A DNA stretch of 60,453 nucleotides, filler included, from Basidiobolus meristosporus CBS 931.73 (lineage: Eukaryota > Fungi > Basidiobolomycota), in the NCBI GenBank assembly GCA_002104905.1. It is 3 parts of 3 records of this genome, joined end to end, with 100 filler letters (N's around TTAATTAATTAA, not from the genome) between each part and the next. Parts side by side here need not be neighbours in the genome. Positions count along the whole stretch, not along the records: positions 1 to 20,671 come from MCFE01001000.1; positions 20,772 to 35,485 come from MCFE01001170.1; 1 more part is not named here. The stretch is one strand, 5' to 3'. This document shows, one piece after another, positions 13,279-24,312 of the stretch. The position numbers were made by a program, and so were the translations under genes. Below the pieces are notes generated by a model. That model searched no databases, was not told the DNA's origin, and saw only the letters and a list, made by a program, of their open reading frames with translations. Positions within the stretch are counted from its first letter, which is position 1. The number at the start of each line of letters is the position of its first letter.

Positions 13279-14085
13279 TAGACTTGTTCCATTGTACTGT
13301 GCCATGGTATGCTGTGCAATCTGCAATCTCTATGAACAGTCAGGTGCAATATTGTAGCTACCAGTAAGCAGGATTGCTCCTTGACAGTTTTGCACTATGT
13401 GGGATAATCTTGCACACTATGGCACAATCTGACACACCCTCAGAAAAAAATTAAGACAAAGCCAGCAGAATACCATCATAAAATCAGCTGAATTCCAAGT
13501 TCTCAAATCTGACAACTATCACTATCTCATGTACTAGCAGTTGAGCAAACAAGCAGACATATTTTCCAAGAGGAGACTAGGCCAACCAGGATTCATACCA
13601 AAAATGGTGATTAGCTGCCCACTGGTTTGATCAAAAATTGAAACTAGATATTTGAACAAAAAGCACTGGCTGAATACCAGCTAAATACTGTTAGAATACC
13701 AGCAGAGTACTGCCTGGAAATTAGATGATTTCCAAATCTGAGATTTTCATAGTGACATTGAGGGTGGCATGGATGATCACACCAACTTGTAATGTTTGCA
13801 TCATGTGTGTAATTGGATACTGCTATTTTGGTAGGTAAATCTGGTATTTTGGATATGTATTGTTAATGTAAACAGAAACAAATGCATAACACACTATAAA
13901 CTACACTGATACTTAGCATAAAGGTTACCATTACTCCAATTGGATGGTATCATAGTGGTTGATTGGTCCAAAAGTATCCTGAAGCTATCAGCCCACAATT
14001 GGCTTCTTGACCAATACACAAGCTACCTGATTTGCCATCAAATATCTCATTGTGCCTACTCAGCAAGTAAATCCTTGATCCTTGT
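13279..14085 (-). mobile_element. PHIS (Harbinger-like) right-end fragment with TIR
   Basis: Starts (T)AGACTTGTTCCATTG and is the reverse complement of ~24560-25056; interrupted by MITE copy 2. Confidence 0.85.
13437..13754 (+). mobile_element. CACTA-type MITE copy 2 with 3-bp TSD ACA
   Basis: ACA at 13434-13436 and 13755-13757; the homologous empty site at 24894-24906 has a single ACA (minus strand). Confidence 0.9.
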
Positions 14086-14250
14086 TGTGTCAGATAGTAC
14101 CACATAGTGCCAGCCTCTTTATAGTGCCAAATTGATTTGGAACCCTATAGCACCAGTTAGAGCTGTAAGTTAGACCCACAGTGACCAAGACTAGTCCAGA
14201 ATTGTTAAGTAAATTTTTAGCTGCAGAATGATACCAAATAGTCCAATATT

Positions 14251-16940
14251 TCAACACTCCCCCTCAACTAAATAATTTCTTAATCCTAATTCCTCTCTGA
14301 GATTCTCAAATTGTGGCCTAGCTAGAGATTTTGTCAATATATCTGCCACCATCTTGTTAGTTGGGCAGTACACTAACTCTACTAAGTTATTTTCTACAGC
14401 TTCCCTCACAAAGTGATGCTGTATATCAATGTGCTTAGTTTGAGCATGATTAGTAGAATTTCTAGCTAATGAAATACAACTTTGATCATCCTTGTAAATA
14501 CATGTTGGTTCATCTGAATCAAAATCTAAGTCTTTGAATAATTTTTGTAGCCAGATAGCCTCCTTAGTTGCTTGACATGCAGCCATATATTTGGCCTCAG
14601 TTGTTGATAGGGCCACAATTGGTTGTTTCTTGTAATTTCAAGTAATAGCTGCACCAGCATAAAGAAATACATACCCACTGGTACAGCATCTGTCAATCAG
14701 ATTTCTACCCCAATCTGAATCACTATAACCATCAAATTTTTGTCTATTAGCTGCTCCAGAGTCTTCCAGTACCATATTTATGGTACCTTGTAGATATCTG
14801 AAAACCCGCTTAACTGCTGCAATTTGATCTGATCCATAATTCTGCATGAACTGACTGACTATTCCAACTGCCACTGCAATATCTGGACCTGTAGATACCA
14901 TCAAGTACATTATGCTACCAACCATTGATTGATAGGGAAAGTTTTGGTCCGTATTTGAGCCCTTTCCATCAATAACTGGCTGAGATTTGCTTAATGTCAA
15001 TTTTGAAGATCTTTCATCTCAAACTTGCTGAAGAAATCTGATTTTGTCTATATAAGTGCCTCTTGGTCACTTGAAGCTATAATTAGGTTGTCCACTTAAG
15101 GAGCTAGCAATGATCACACCCTTTTTGAGCAGTTTCACATATATACTGTGATCTGCAGTGTTAGAAGAGAACCCAATTCCCTCTAGATATGTGTCAATCT
15201 TGTTATACTATGCTCTAGGTGCCTGCTTAAGCCCATACAGCAATTTTCTAAGTTTGCACACCTTATAGGGTACTTTTGATTTGGTAAAGCCTTCTGGTTG
15301 CTCCATATATATAGTTTCTTGCAAATCCCTATTTAGAAAGGCTATTTTGACATCCATTTGGTGTAGATCCAGACGGTGCACAGCTGCCAGGGTTAGAACT
15401 GTCCTAATTGAGTTAAACTTGGCAAATGGAGCAAATGATTCCTTAAAATCTAGTCCCTGGATCTGGGAATAGCCTTTAGCCACCAATCTAGCCTTGTACC
15501 TATCAACGGCACCATTTGAGGTTATCTTGATCATGTAGGCCCATCTACATCCTATTGGCTTTCTCTCATTTGGTAAATCTACCAGTTCCCACATTTTTGC
15601 TGTGATCAGTGATTGGTACTTCTCCTGCATGGCTTGTTGCCACTTAGTAGCATCTGGACTTTGCATTGCCTGTTTCAGATTCTGAGGTTTGGCACATAAG
15701 GCAACATAAGCTTCTTCATGATCATTGGATGTCTGCCACCAGGATCCAGGGGCATTTCTTATTCTGGTAGATCTCCTAACTGGGATAATCTGCTCTGATC
15801 TGGAACTGGTAGAAGTATCTTCTGTATCTGGCTGGATTTGGTATGTATCTTCTTCTTAGTGTTGATTGCATCATCAGGCAGCTGGCCATTGATTTCTGTG
15901 GCTTTCTGATCTGAATCTCCTCAAATACAATGTTCCTACCCTTTGGTTCCAACATTGAGCGTTTTTTGTCAGGGATGTAATAAAAAACATCACTGCCAGA
16001 GATCTTGAGGTGCTGGAGATCTGGTTTTTGCCTGTATATGCTTCAAAGGGTGTAGAATCCCATAGTGTTGTTGTTGGGTATCTGTTCCTGATGTAAACAG
16101 CAGTAGCAACAGATTCAGCCCAAAACTTGTAGTCCATTCCCTTATCATGTAGCATGGAACTTCCCATCTCTACTATTGTTCTATTTGCATGTTCTGCTAC
16201 TCCATTTTGCTGTGGAGTATGTGGAACAGTGGTCAGCTGAATTATACTGGTAGATGCACAGTATTTTGCAAACTCCTTTGAGCGGTATTCCCCTCCATTG
16301 TCACTTTGAAGTATCTCCAATTGTCATCAATAAATGTCTTAAAGTATCTCTTGGCTCCAAAGGACAGTGTTCTCATGGGCCCACATATGTCTCAGTGTAC
16401 AATAGCCAATATTTTGGTGGTGTTAATGCATCCTAAGCTCTTGTAATGTTGCCTAGCTTGTTTGCCATGTGAACATCCGTTACAAACATTCAATTTGATC
16501 GGAATTGAGTATTTTAGGCCCAAAACAAGCAGAATTTTTACCATTTGGCTTGTTTTCTGTTCCCCAATGTGTCCTAGCCTCCTATGCCACAGCTCCCAGC
16601 TGGTTTCATCAGTTCCAGCAATATTGACATACTCACGTACAATGATCTTAAATTGTAACTTGTATATATTGTGATCTCTGATTCCCTAAGCTAATTTTTG
16701 TCCATTCTCACTCAATATTGAGCAGCTCATCTTAGTAAAATTAAGTTTCAGTTCCTGAGCAGTTGCTTTACTGACTGAGAGTAAGTTCTTAGCTATTCCA
16801 GGTACATAGAGTACGTCAGTGAGTCTTTCTGTAGTTGCCCCTGAGCTACTGCTCATATTTAGTTGTATAGACCAACTTGTGGTAGCTTCCAGAGCAGAGT
16901 TATCTCCCAGATAAACCTTTCTTACGGCAATAGTTCTCAA
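14251..16940 (-). pseudogene. Copia pol pseudogene (PR end, integrase, RT, RNase H)
   Basis: SDNGGEY, TPQQNGVAEH.NRT, YKARLVAKGY, LYGLKQAPRA*; YVDD decayed to *VDN (15087-15098); GYSDSDWG, ALSTTEAKY, TKHIDIQHHFVRE; internal deletion near 15000. Confidence 0.95.
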
Positions 16941-16949
16941 GTTGCTGAA

Positions 16950-17828
16950 TCACTCCTTTATACCACAAATATGCAGTGATGCTCCAGAGTCAATATACCA
17001 TTCATTACTTTGGTTACTTGCACTTGCTTGTACAGTTACAAACAACTGTGCATCAGTAGTTATATGGTTTGCCTGCTCTAGTTTCTGTTTTTTGTCTGCT
17101 TGTTTCTTCTTGCATTCTCTTGCCCAGTGTCCTGGCTTTTTACAATAGTTGCAGCAACCAGGTTTTTTTTGTTTTCTGTTCTTTTCTGTGTGCCTTTCTG
17201 AACTGAATAAAGCATTATCTTCAATTTTCTCTGCTTGATCATTGTGTCTGAGTTCTTCATGGAGAAGTCTTCCTTTGACATAGTTCAAAGTCAAATTGTC
17301 TTCTCTGCTTTCAAAACAAAGTATGAATAGCTTGTACTTGTCTGGTAGGCTGCAAAGCAGACAGAGTATCTTTTCTTCATCATCTACACCAGTATTAATA
17401 CTGTAAAGTTCTTCTGCAAGTGTCTCCATTTTGGTAATAAGTTGCAACAAGTTATCATCTGGCTTCTTCCTCATGCTGAAGAACTTTTGTTTCAAATAAA
17501 GCTTGCTTGATACTGACTTTGCCCTAAAGATCTTCTCTAAGGATTCCCATGCTGCTTTGGCAGTATTTGAGGCATGGATCTGTCCAATGAAGGAATCTTG
17601 CACATTGATATATATGGCATCAAAGGCCTTTCTCTCCTTCTCTTGAGACTTCTCCAATTCTTCTGCTGTTCCTTTGGGCTCAGCTTCTTTTCCTGTTACT
17701 ATATTCCAAAGCTTCCTTTCCTCAAGGTGGATCTGCATCTTGATTCTCCAAAGTCTGTAGTTCCTTCCATCAGACCTCTCCTTTACAGGGAATATGTTTG
17801 TGTTATTCTGTTTGCTGGTAGAAGTCAT
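16950..17828 (-). CDS. Copia Gag (UBN2-type) with CCHC zinc knuckle and start of protease
   Basis: 292-aa open frame from an ATG 24 nt after the PBS; CNYCKKPGHWAREC, WYIDSGASLH. Confidence 0.9.
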   Translation of the reverse strand: MTSTSKQNNTNIFPVKERSDGRNYRLWRIKMQIHLEERKLWNIVTGKEAEPKGTAEELEKSQEKERKAFDAIYINVQDSFIGQIHASNTAKAAWESLEKIFRAKSVSSKLYLKQKFFSMRKKPDDNLLQLITKMETLAEELYSINTGVDDEEKILCLLCSLPDKYKLFILCFESREDNLTLNYVKGRLLHEELRHNDQAEKIEDNALFSSERHTEKNRKQKKPGCCNYCKKPGHWARECKKKQADKKQKLEQANHITTDAQLFVTVQASASNQSNEWYIDSGASLHICGIKE

Positions 17829-17851
17829 CTTTAGAATAGATTAAGGTAATT

Positions 17852-17864
17852 GGGGCTCATAACC
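17852..17864 (-). promoter_or_regulatory. Primer-binding site GGTTATGAGCCCC (internal tRNA-iMet type)
   Basis: Abuts the LTR end (...TTGCAACA); same motif class as the yeast Ty5 and Drosophila copia PBS. Confidence 0.8.
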
Positions 17865-18233
17865 TGTTGCAATTTAAGAAGTGATTTGGATATAAGGAAC
17901 TTATCAAGAAATAGTGATAATAGTTAAACTGTTGTTTATTGATAAAGAAGTTCAGTATTTATACCTTTGTAGAAGTAATACAGCTGTAACACTAAATAAG
18001 GAGGGTTTCTCAATATTCAGGAGCATTGTGTAACAGTTTCAGGGTTAGTACATAATAGTTAGTATTAGTGCTAATTTTATCCTGACTATAGGGGAATATT
18101 TATAAGATTGTAGATCTGAAGAAAGTGGCAAAGTTAAAGCTGAAGATTAGACCCATAGTGATCAAGATTAGTCCAGAATTGTTAAGTAAATTTACAGTGG
18201 CAGAATGATACTAAATAATCCAATATTTCAACA
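17865..18233 (-). repeat. Copia-1 5' LTR of element C
   Basis: 369 bp, TGTTG/CAACA termini. Confidence 0.95.
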
Positions 18234-20440
18234 GTAATTGCCAGAATAAAAGTCATTCATACCCACTGCAAGGTGGTTCTTCATTGCTGTCAGCTGGGAA
18301 TGAATGCTTCTAGGACTTTTGGTGCTCTGGATGGTAGGATGAAACCTTGTAGGGTTATAGTTCCTGTAACAGCAGAGAAGCTTAACAAGGGATCTACTTG
18401 AGTAGATTGGGGTAGATGGTCCACAGTACTTGGCATAGATCTCCTCTAGTGTGTCAAAAGGAGATTCAGTGGTAGTGATGGGATTGATGAGAAAAGACCA
18501 TTCAGATGAGTAAGTCATATTAAAATTGGTAGGTGATTGGGCTGAGGTGAGCTGAACTGATTTGGCACAATCAGCTTTATTTATCTGATTTTCCATGTAT
18601 TATGATTAAATCTCCCCCAATTGCCAAGTGTGCTATCATTATGTTACAAAAATCATCCTCAAACAGTGATTTAGTATTCTTGTTGATGCTTTACTTGCCA
18701 GTCTATAATCAGAAAGGGAGTCTGCAATTGATGGGTTCCAATCCATATCAATGTAATCTAAGATGCATCATGCACAGTATATGGCAAACTCATCAATCAC
18801 GTTAGTTCTCATATTTACTTCATTTAAGACCAGGTTGATGCCAATACACTACTGTATAAGTATCAAAATCTGTCACTATGACCCTATACCAAGTCTCAAC
18901 TCATCTTTTGTACATGCCTGACAAAACACATTCCCCAGATCACAAACTTAGTCTGGACGGAAGAAGTCATTCTTGGATCTGTTTAGGTTCTTGCCAAATG
19001 ATTTTAGTGTGGCCCAAGTGTCTATGATGAGCCTTCATACTGATATTTGGGCACAACTCATCAATCTAGCAGAACTAGATACCTCAGAGAGTCAACAGAG
19101 ATAGAAGAACCTGAGTAGAAAGCTGTGGCATGAGTTCTACATCAAGATACCAGCGGATGTATGTAAGATGATATTTAACAAGACAAGTATTGATATCAAG
19201 AATGAGCTGAGAGGGAGGGGATTTGATGGGGAAGCTGTGCAGGAACAGTTTCACGCACAATTTGCACAGTACAGGCTGGATGTGTCTGTTTAAGCCTAAA
19301 CTTTGGGAACTAAAGAGATCTGAATGAGTTTTTGCCTTAAATGACTAATGTATTATGCAATACATTAGTAGTGCTAAGTGGCTTCCAACAGCAATATACA
19401 CGCGACTCATCCAGGCAACAGTTCTAAAGTATCAGACAGAGGGTAAGTGATACCCTGAGTAATCAGAAGGTGAGCTTCAATAGGAAGAATACAGACCGCA
19501 AGCAACAGCGCCTAGATTATGCCAGCACACCTTGCCAGATTCCTTACCATCCCTTACAACTTCAGCACACTGGTACATGTCAGTCCAAACTTCACCAACA
19601 CCCTTCACAAGAGCATCCTGCATTGAGTTAAAGCATGTTGGGTCTATGCGCATGCTTCAGAGCAAAACCACCATAACTTGCCAAACAGCTCATTTAGACA
19701 TGCATCCATTGGAGCAGGCCAAGTCATGTCAACAAGTGGCTCCACATCAAACTCAGCCAAGGGCCATGCCAGCTCATTAAGTTGTGACTGCACATGCCAT
19801 TACACCTGACCATCAGCAAGGTTCATCTGGTGAACTGACTAATGATGACCCATATGAAGTGCCTCCACCACAAGAGCCTTTGGCAAGTAAAAGAACACAG
19901 CCAAGCTGCAGCATTGCACTCATCAACTGGGAGGCAAATTACTGGCTACAAATACACAAGTAGCCAAGAGGATAGTCAACAAGGAAGTAGTTTAGCCATG
20001 CAAAGTGAGTCACTACCAAATGCTTCAGTTGTAATTTCTGTGAGAAACAAATCTAGCAGAAGATGAAGCAATTGCATTGAATTACTATTTTATGTCATGA
20101 TCCAAACGGCGCATTTTTTTTGCATTCTGAGTCAAGCAATTGCAAATCAGTGATCACTAAGTTTTTGATATAAGCAATATTAAGGTTGTCTCATATTTGA
20201 GACAGAGCCCCTATTAATAAACACCCTGCATATATACACATCATTTATTACACTAGTGCAGCCATTTGATCTGTTTGCACCTATTTGATTAGTTGCATGC
20301 TAGCTATGACACCTTGTCCAATCACTAGGATCAGGGATTTACTTGCTCAATGGGCAAAATGGGCTATTTGAAGGCAAATCAGGTGGCTTGTGTATTGGTC
20401 AAACAGCCAATTGGGGCTGTCAGCTCCAGGATACTTTTGG
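18234..20440. mobile_element. PHIS element copy H1 (decayed): 5' part of transposase (-), ORF2 (+), right subterminal region
   Basis: Colinear with ~22295-24690; internal deletion at ~18255; most CpGs lost relative to H2. Confidence 0.9.
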
Positions 20441-20671
20441 ACCAATACTAGATTCAGAAGCTCCAATAGACTTCCACATCCCTGGGTGCTCAGCATCAGG
20501 TTCCATATCAGGACCATTTTGGATACCTTCCCAGTCAGAATTGAGAGATCCTTTAGAGAGCAGAGGCACTTTTATTCTGGCAAATACAAGGTACACCTTA
20601 CAAAGTTTCAAGCACTCTCTGACATTGAGGGTAACTTCATCTGGTTTAGTGTGCCATTTGCTGGAAGTAAG
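20441..20671 (+). mobile_element. Inverted piece of PHIS transposase running into an assembly gap
   Basis: TRFRSSNRLPHP...ILDTFPVRI...YSGKYK...GSK matches the middle of the 21835-22776 protein. Confidence 0.85.
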
Positions 20672-20771
20672 NNNNNNNNNNNNNNNNNNNNNNNNNNNNN
20701 NNNNNNNNNNNNNNNTTAATTAATTAANNNNNNNNNNNNNNNNNNNNNNNNNNNNNNNNNNNNNNNNNNNN
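20672..20771. other. Assembly gap with TTAATTAATTAA linker
   Basis: 100 bp of N with a central six-frame-stop palindrome at 20716-20727. Confidence 0.97.
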
Positions 20772-20984
20772 TGCTGAGATGGAATGAGCATGCATACCAC
20801 TGATAAAGATGTGAAATATACCCTCTGGAATAGTATGAAAGATGGAATTCAGCATCTCATATCAGTCCTAGAGTCCAGAGCTGAAGACTTGACTTTGAAT
20901 ATGGATCAAGGAAGGCTGCTAGATGAGATATCAAGAAAAGCAAGAATCAATAACCTTACAAAAAATAACTTGAATATTGCAAGG
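20772..20984 (+). mobile_element. Copia family-2 gag fragment
   Basis: LISVLESRAEDLTLN...GRLLDEISRK. Confidence 0.7.
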
Positions 20985-21593
20985 ATTTATTGCAAAGACT
21001 AGCTGATTAGGTGCTAGACCTTGCAGTGCTGGTCAAAGACCAGGACATGTGGGAACCAGTGAATGAACAGTGGTATAAAGCTGTTGGGTTCTCACCAAAG
21101 TCATGCAAACAGAGCATTACAGCAGAATTACTTATTGAATGGTAGATTTTGATGGAGCTACCTGTTGAGTGTGGGGTTAGGCTCAATGTTAGTGTAGGGT
21201 ATAGGGACTTGTATACGTCAATACAATTGGCAATTGAGGTACAACTGAAGCTTCAATGGAAATAAATCATTTCATATGCATAGAGGTAAGAGAAATGATT
21301 GAGTTAGGAAGTAAGGAGTGTGAAAAAGAGGCAATAGCCAATCAATGTGCACAAATGTAGGAGGTGATTGAGTGTCTGGGATCAGAAAGTAAGCAAATTG
21401 GCAGGGTACCAATAAAAAGCCACTAATATATTGTTGAGATGAGAAATTTTGACCAAGTTTTTGTGAAATCTGGGGTGCAATTGTTTTTCAACAGTCTCTT
21501 CACACTGTCCTGATTGGATCAGTACCTCTTAGTCATGGGACTTGGAATCTGTGACGGCCTTTTGATGGGATCATCACAATAATTTCCATAAGG
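20985..21593 (+). mobile_element. CACTA ORF-X 3' end and element terminus
   Basis: Colinear with 48865-49488; ends ...ATAATTTCCATAAGG, a degenerate reverse complement of CCCTATGAAAAATTAT. Confidence 0.85.
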
Positions 21594-21834
21594 TTATAGG
21601 TATGCTCTGATTCTTGTTTGTATTAATACTATATTGAATGGTGTAAATATTAGACTTGTTCCATTGGATAGTGCCACATAGTGCCAGCCTGTTTATGGTG
21701 CTGGATCAATCTGGCACTCTACAGCACTATCTGGCACTATAATTTCTACCATGATGCCAGTGGTATGATACAGTTACTGGTAATTTTACTCAATCTTACT
21801 TATGTTGCTCAGAATAGTGCTTTCCTTGCTTTAT

Positions 21835-22776
21835 TTACTCTTCATAATGCTCCAGACACATTTCTCTCAGTGGATGTCTTCTTGTATGAGCATATTGTGG
21901 ATTAATAAGTATCTTAACTATTTTACCTATTCTGCTGTTTTCTCCTATATATGACTTTCCTCTGTATTTACCTGCCAATATGCAGAATCTCTTCAGATAT
22001 CCAAATGTGTGCTCTACCCTTACTCTGAAATGATTAAATATCTCATTGTAGAGCTTCTGCCTCCTGCTAAGCACACCATTCCCTGGCTTCCTATAAGCTG
22101 TAATACATCCTAATCTCTGACAATCCTCTCCTATATAGGCTAAGTCTGCCATACATTTCTCCCCTCTACTGAATTCAGGATGATTCTCTACCCAGAGTGC
22201 TTTGTCATGCCTACTTCCAGCAAATGGCCCACTAAACCAGATGATGTTACCCTCAATGTCAGACAGTGCTTGAAACTTCACACAGTGTGCCTTGTACTTG
22301 CCAGAATAAAAGTGCCTCTGCCCTCTAGAAGGTCTGTTAATCCTCACTGGGAAGGTATCCAAAATACTCCTGATATGGAACCTGTTGCTGAACACTCTGG
22401 GATATGGAAGTCTATTGGAGCTTCTGAACCTAGTATTCCAAGCTTGCTCTAAGTCATTCATACCCTCTGCAAGGTGGTTCTCCATTGCTGTCAGCTGGGA
22501 ATGAAAGCTTCTGGGACTTTTGTTGCCATGGATGATGGGATGAAATCTTGTAGGGCAATAGTTCTTGTAATAGCAGAGAAGCTTAACAAGGGATCTCCTT
22601 GAGTAGATTGGAGTTGATGGTCCACAGTACTTGGAATAGATCTCCTCTAGTTTGTCAAAAGGAAATCCAGTGGTAGTGATGGGATTGATGAGAAAAGACC
22701 ATTCAGATGAGTAAGTCATATTAAAATTGATGGATGATTGTATGGAGGCGGTTTGAATTGATTTGGTGCAATCCAC
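21835..22776 (-). CDS. DDE transposase, DDE_Tnp_4 (IS5/ISL2/Harbinger-like), 313 aa, intact
   Basis: ILDTFPV, YSGKYK, GPFAGSRHD, MADLAYIG, RVRVEHTFGYLKRFCIL; catalytic D-D-E present. Confidence 0.92.
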   Translation of the reverse strand: MDCTKSIQTASIQSSINFNMTYSSEWSFLINPITTTGFPFDKLEEIYSKYCGPSTPIYSRRSLVKLLCYYKNYCPTRFHPIIHGNKSPRSFHSQLTAMENHLAEGMNDLEQAWNTRFRSSNRLPYPRVFSNRFHIRSILDTFPVRINRPSRGQRHFYSGKYKAHCVKFQALSDIEGNIIWFSGPFAGSRHDKALWVENHPEFSRGEKCMADLAYIGEDCQRLGCITAYRKPGNGVLSRRQKLYNEIFNHFRVRVEHTFGYLKRFCILAGKYRGKSYIGENSRIGKIVKILINPQYAHTRRHPLREMCLEHYEE

Positions 22777-23170
22777 TTTATTTATCTGATTTTTAATACA
22801 TTATGGTTAAATCTCCATCAATTGCCATGTATCCTATCATTACGTCGCAAAAATCATCCGCAAACAATGCCTTGGTACTTTTATTGATGCTTTAATCATA
22901 GGTCTATAATCAAATAGGAAATCTGCGATTGATGTGATCTGATCCGTGTCAACGCAATCCAAGATGCATCATGCATAATATATGGAAATTCAACAATCAC
23001 ATTAGTTTTCATATATATTTCATATAAGACCAAGTTGATGCCAATATACTGCTGTATAAGTATCCAAATCTGTTGCTATGGTCCCCATACCAAGCCTCAA
23101 CTCATCTTTAGTACAACCCAGACAAAACCCATCCCCCAGCTCACAGGCGCAGTCCGGACTGGAGAAGTGA

Positions 23171-24312
23171 ATGTCAGATCCGTTTGAGTTCTTGCCAAAT
23201 GATTTTAGTATGGCCCAAGTGTCTATGATGAGCCTTCATAAAGATATTTGGGCACTACTGATTAATCTAGCAGAACTAGATACCTCAGAGAGTTGACAAA
23301 GATGGAAGAATTTGAGTAGAAAGCTGTGGCATGAGTTCTACATCAAGATGCCAGCCAATGTATGTAAAAAGATATATAACAAGACAAGTATTGAAATCAA
23401 GAATGAGCTGTGAGTGACAGGATTTGACAAAGAAGCCACGCGGGATCGATTTTGCGTGCAATTTGCATAGTACAGGCCGGACACGTCTGTTCGTGCCTCA
23501 ACTTTGGGAACCAAAGAGATTTTGAATGAGTTTTTGCCTCAAATGACTAATGTACTACGTGATATATTAGTAGAGCTAAGTGGCATCCAAGAGTAATATA
23601 CACAGGACTCATCCAGGCAATAGCTCCAAAGTATCAGACAGAGGGTAAGTGAATACCTTGAGGAATCAGATGGTGAGCTTCAGGAGGAAGAATACAGACC
23701 GCAAGCAACATCGTCCAGATTGCGCCAGCATGCCTTGCTGGATTCCCTACCATCTCTTACAACCACAGCGCGCCGGCGCACGTCAGTCCAGACCACGCCA
23801 ACACCCTTTACCAGAACGCCCTGCGTTAAGTCAACGCACGTGCTTCAGAGCAAAACTACAAGAACTTGCCAAACTACTCATTTAGACACAAGTCCATTGG
23901 AGGGGACTGAGTTGCGTCAACATGTGGCATCACATCAAACTCAGCCAAGGGCCATCTCAACACGTCAAGGCGCGCCTGCACGTGCTGTTTTGCCTGACCA
24001 TCAGCGAGTTACTTCTGGTGAACTGACTGATGATGACCAACATGAAGTGCCTCAACCACCGCAGAGTCCTTGGCAAGTAAAAGAACACGTCAGCGCGTGG
24101 CACTACAGGCCGGTTCAGTTGGTTCAGTTGGAGCAATTCAGCGCGGCCAAGCTGCAGCATTGCACTCATCAACTAGGAGGCAAAATACTGACTACACACA
24201 CACAAGTAGCCAAGATGATAGTCAGCCAGGAAGTAGTATAGGTGTGCAAAGTGAGTCACTACCAAATGCTTCAGTAGTAATCCCTGTGAGAAAAAAACCC
24301 AGGAGAAGATGA
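23171..24312 (+). pseudogene. PHIS ORF2, putative Myb/SANT/trihelix-like DNA-binding partner with a disordered tail
   Basis: From ATG 23171, in frame with ORF 23720; five stops explicable as C-to-T changes; IW.LL...QRWKNLSRK motif; probable frameshift near 24080-24100. Confidence 0.7.

Larger units (their letters stand above)
14155..18233 (-). mobile_element. Ty1/Copia family-1 element C (5'LTR complete, 3'LTR truncated to ~100 bp)
   Basis: 5'LTR 17865-18233, PBS GGTTATGAGCCCC 17852-17864, PPT 14257-14269, 3'LTR stub 14155-14256, order gag-PR-IN-RT-RH. Confidence 0.95.

Noticed and set aside
5012-18233. Neurospora-type RIP as the cause of repeat decay
   Set aside because: Depletion is dominated by CpG while CA/TG remain abundant, and several multi-copy ORFs are still open. 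A minor non-CpG component cannot be excluded without a mutation spectrum.
20716-20727. Palindrome TTAATTAATTAA, also at 35530-35541
   Set aside because: Centred in two identical 100-bp N runs; a six-frame stop linker added during scaffolding, not biological.
21835-22776. Bacterial IS element or contaminating bacterial contig
   Set aside because: Nested within eukaryotic CACTA sequence, has a divergent second ORF and shares the CpG decay of its neighbours.
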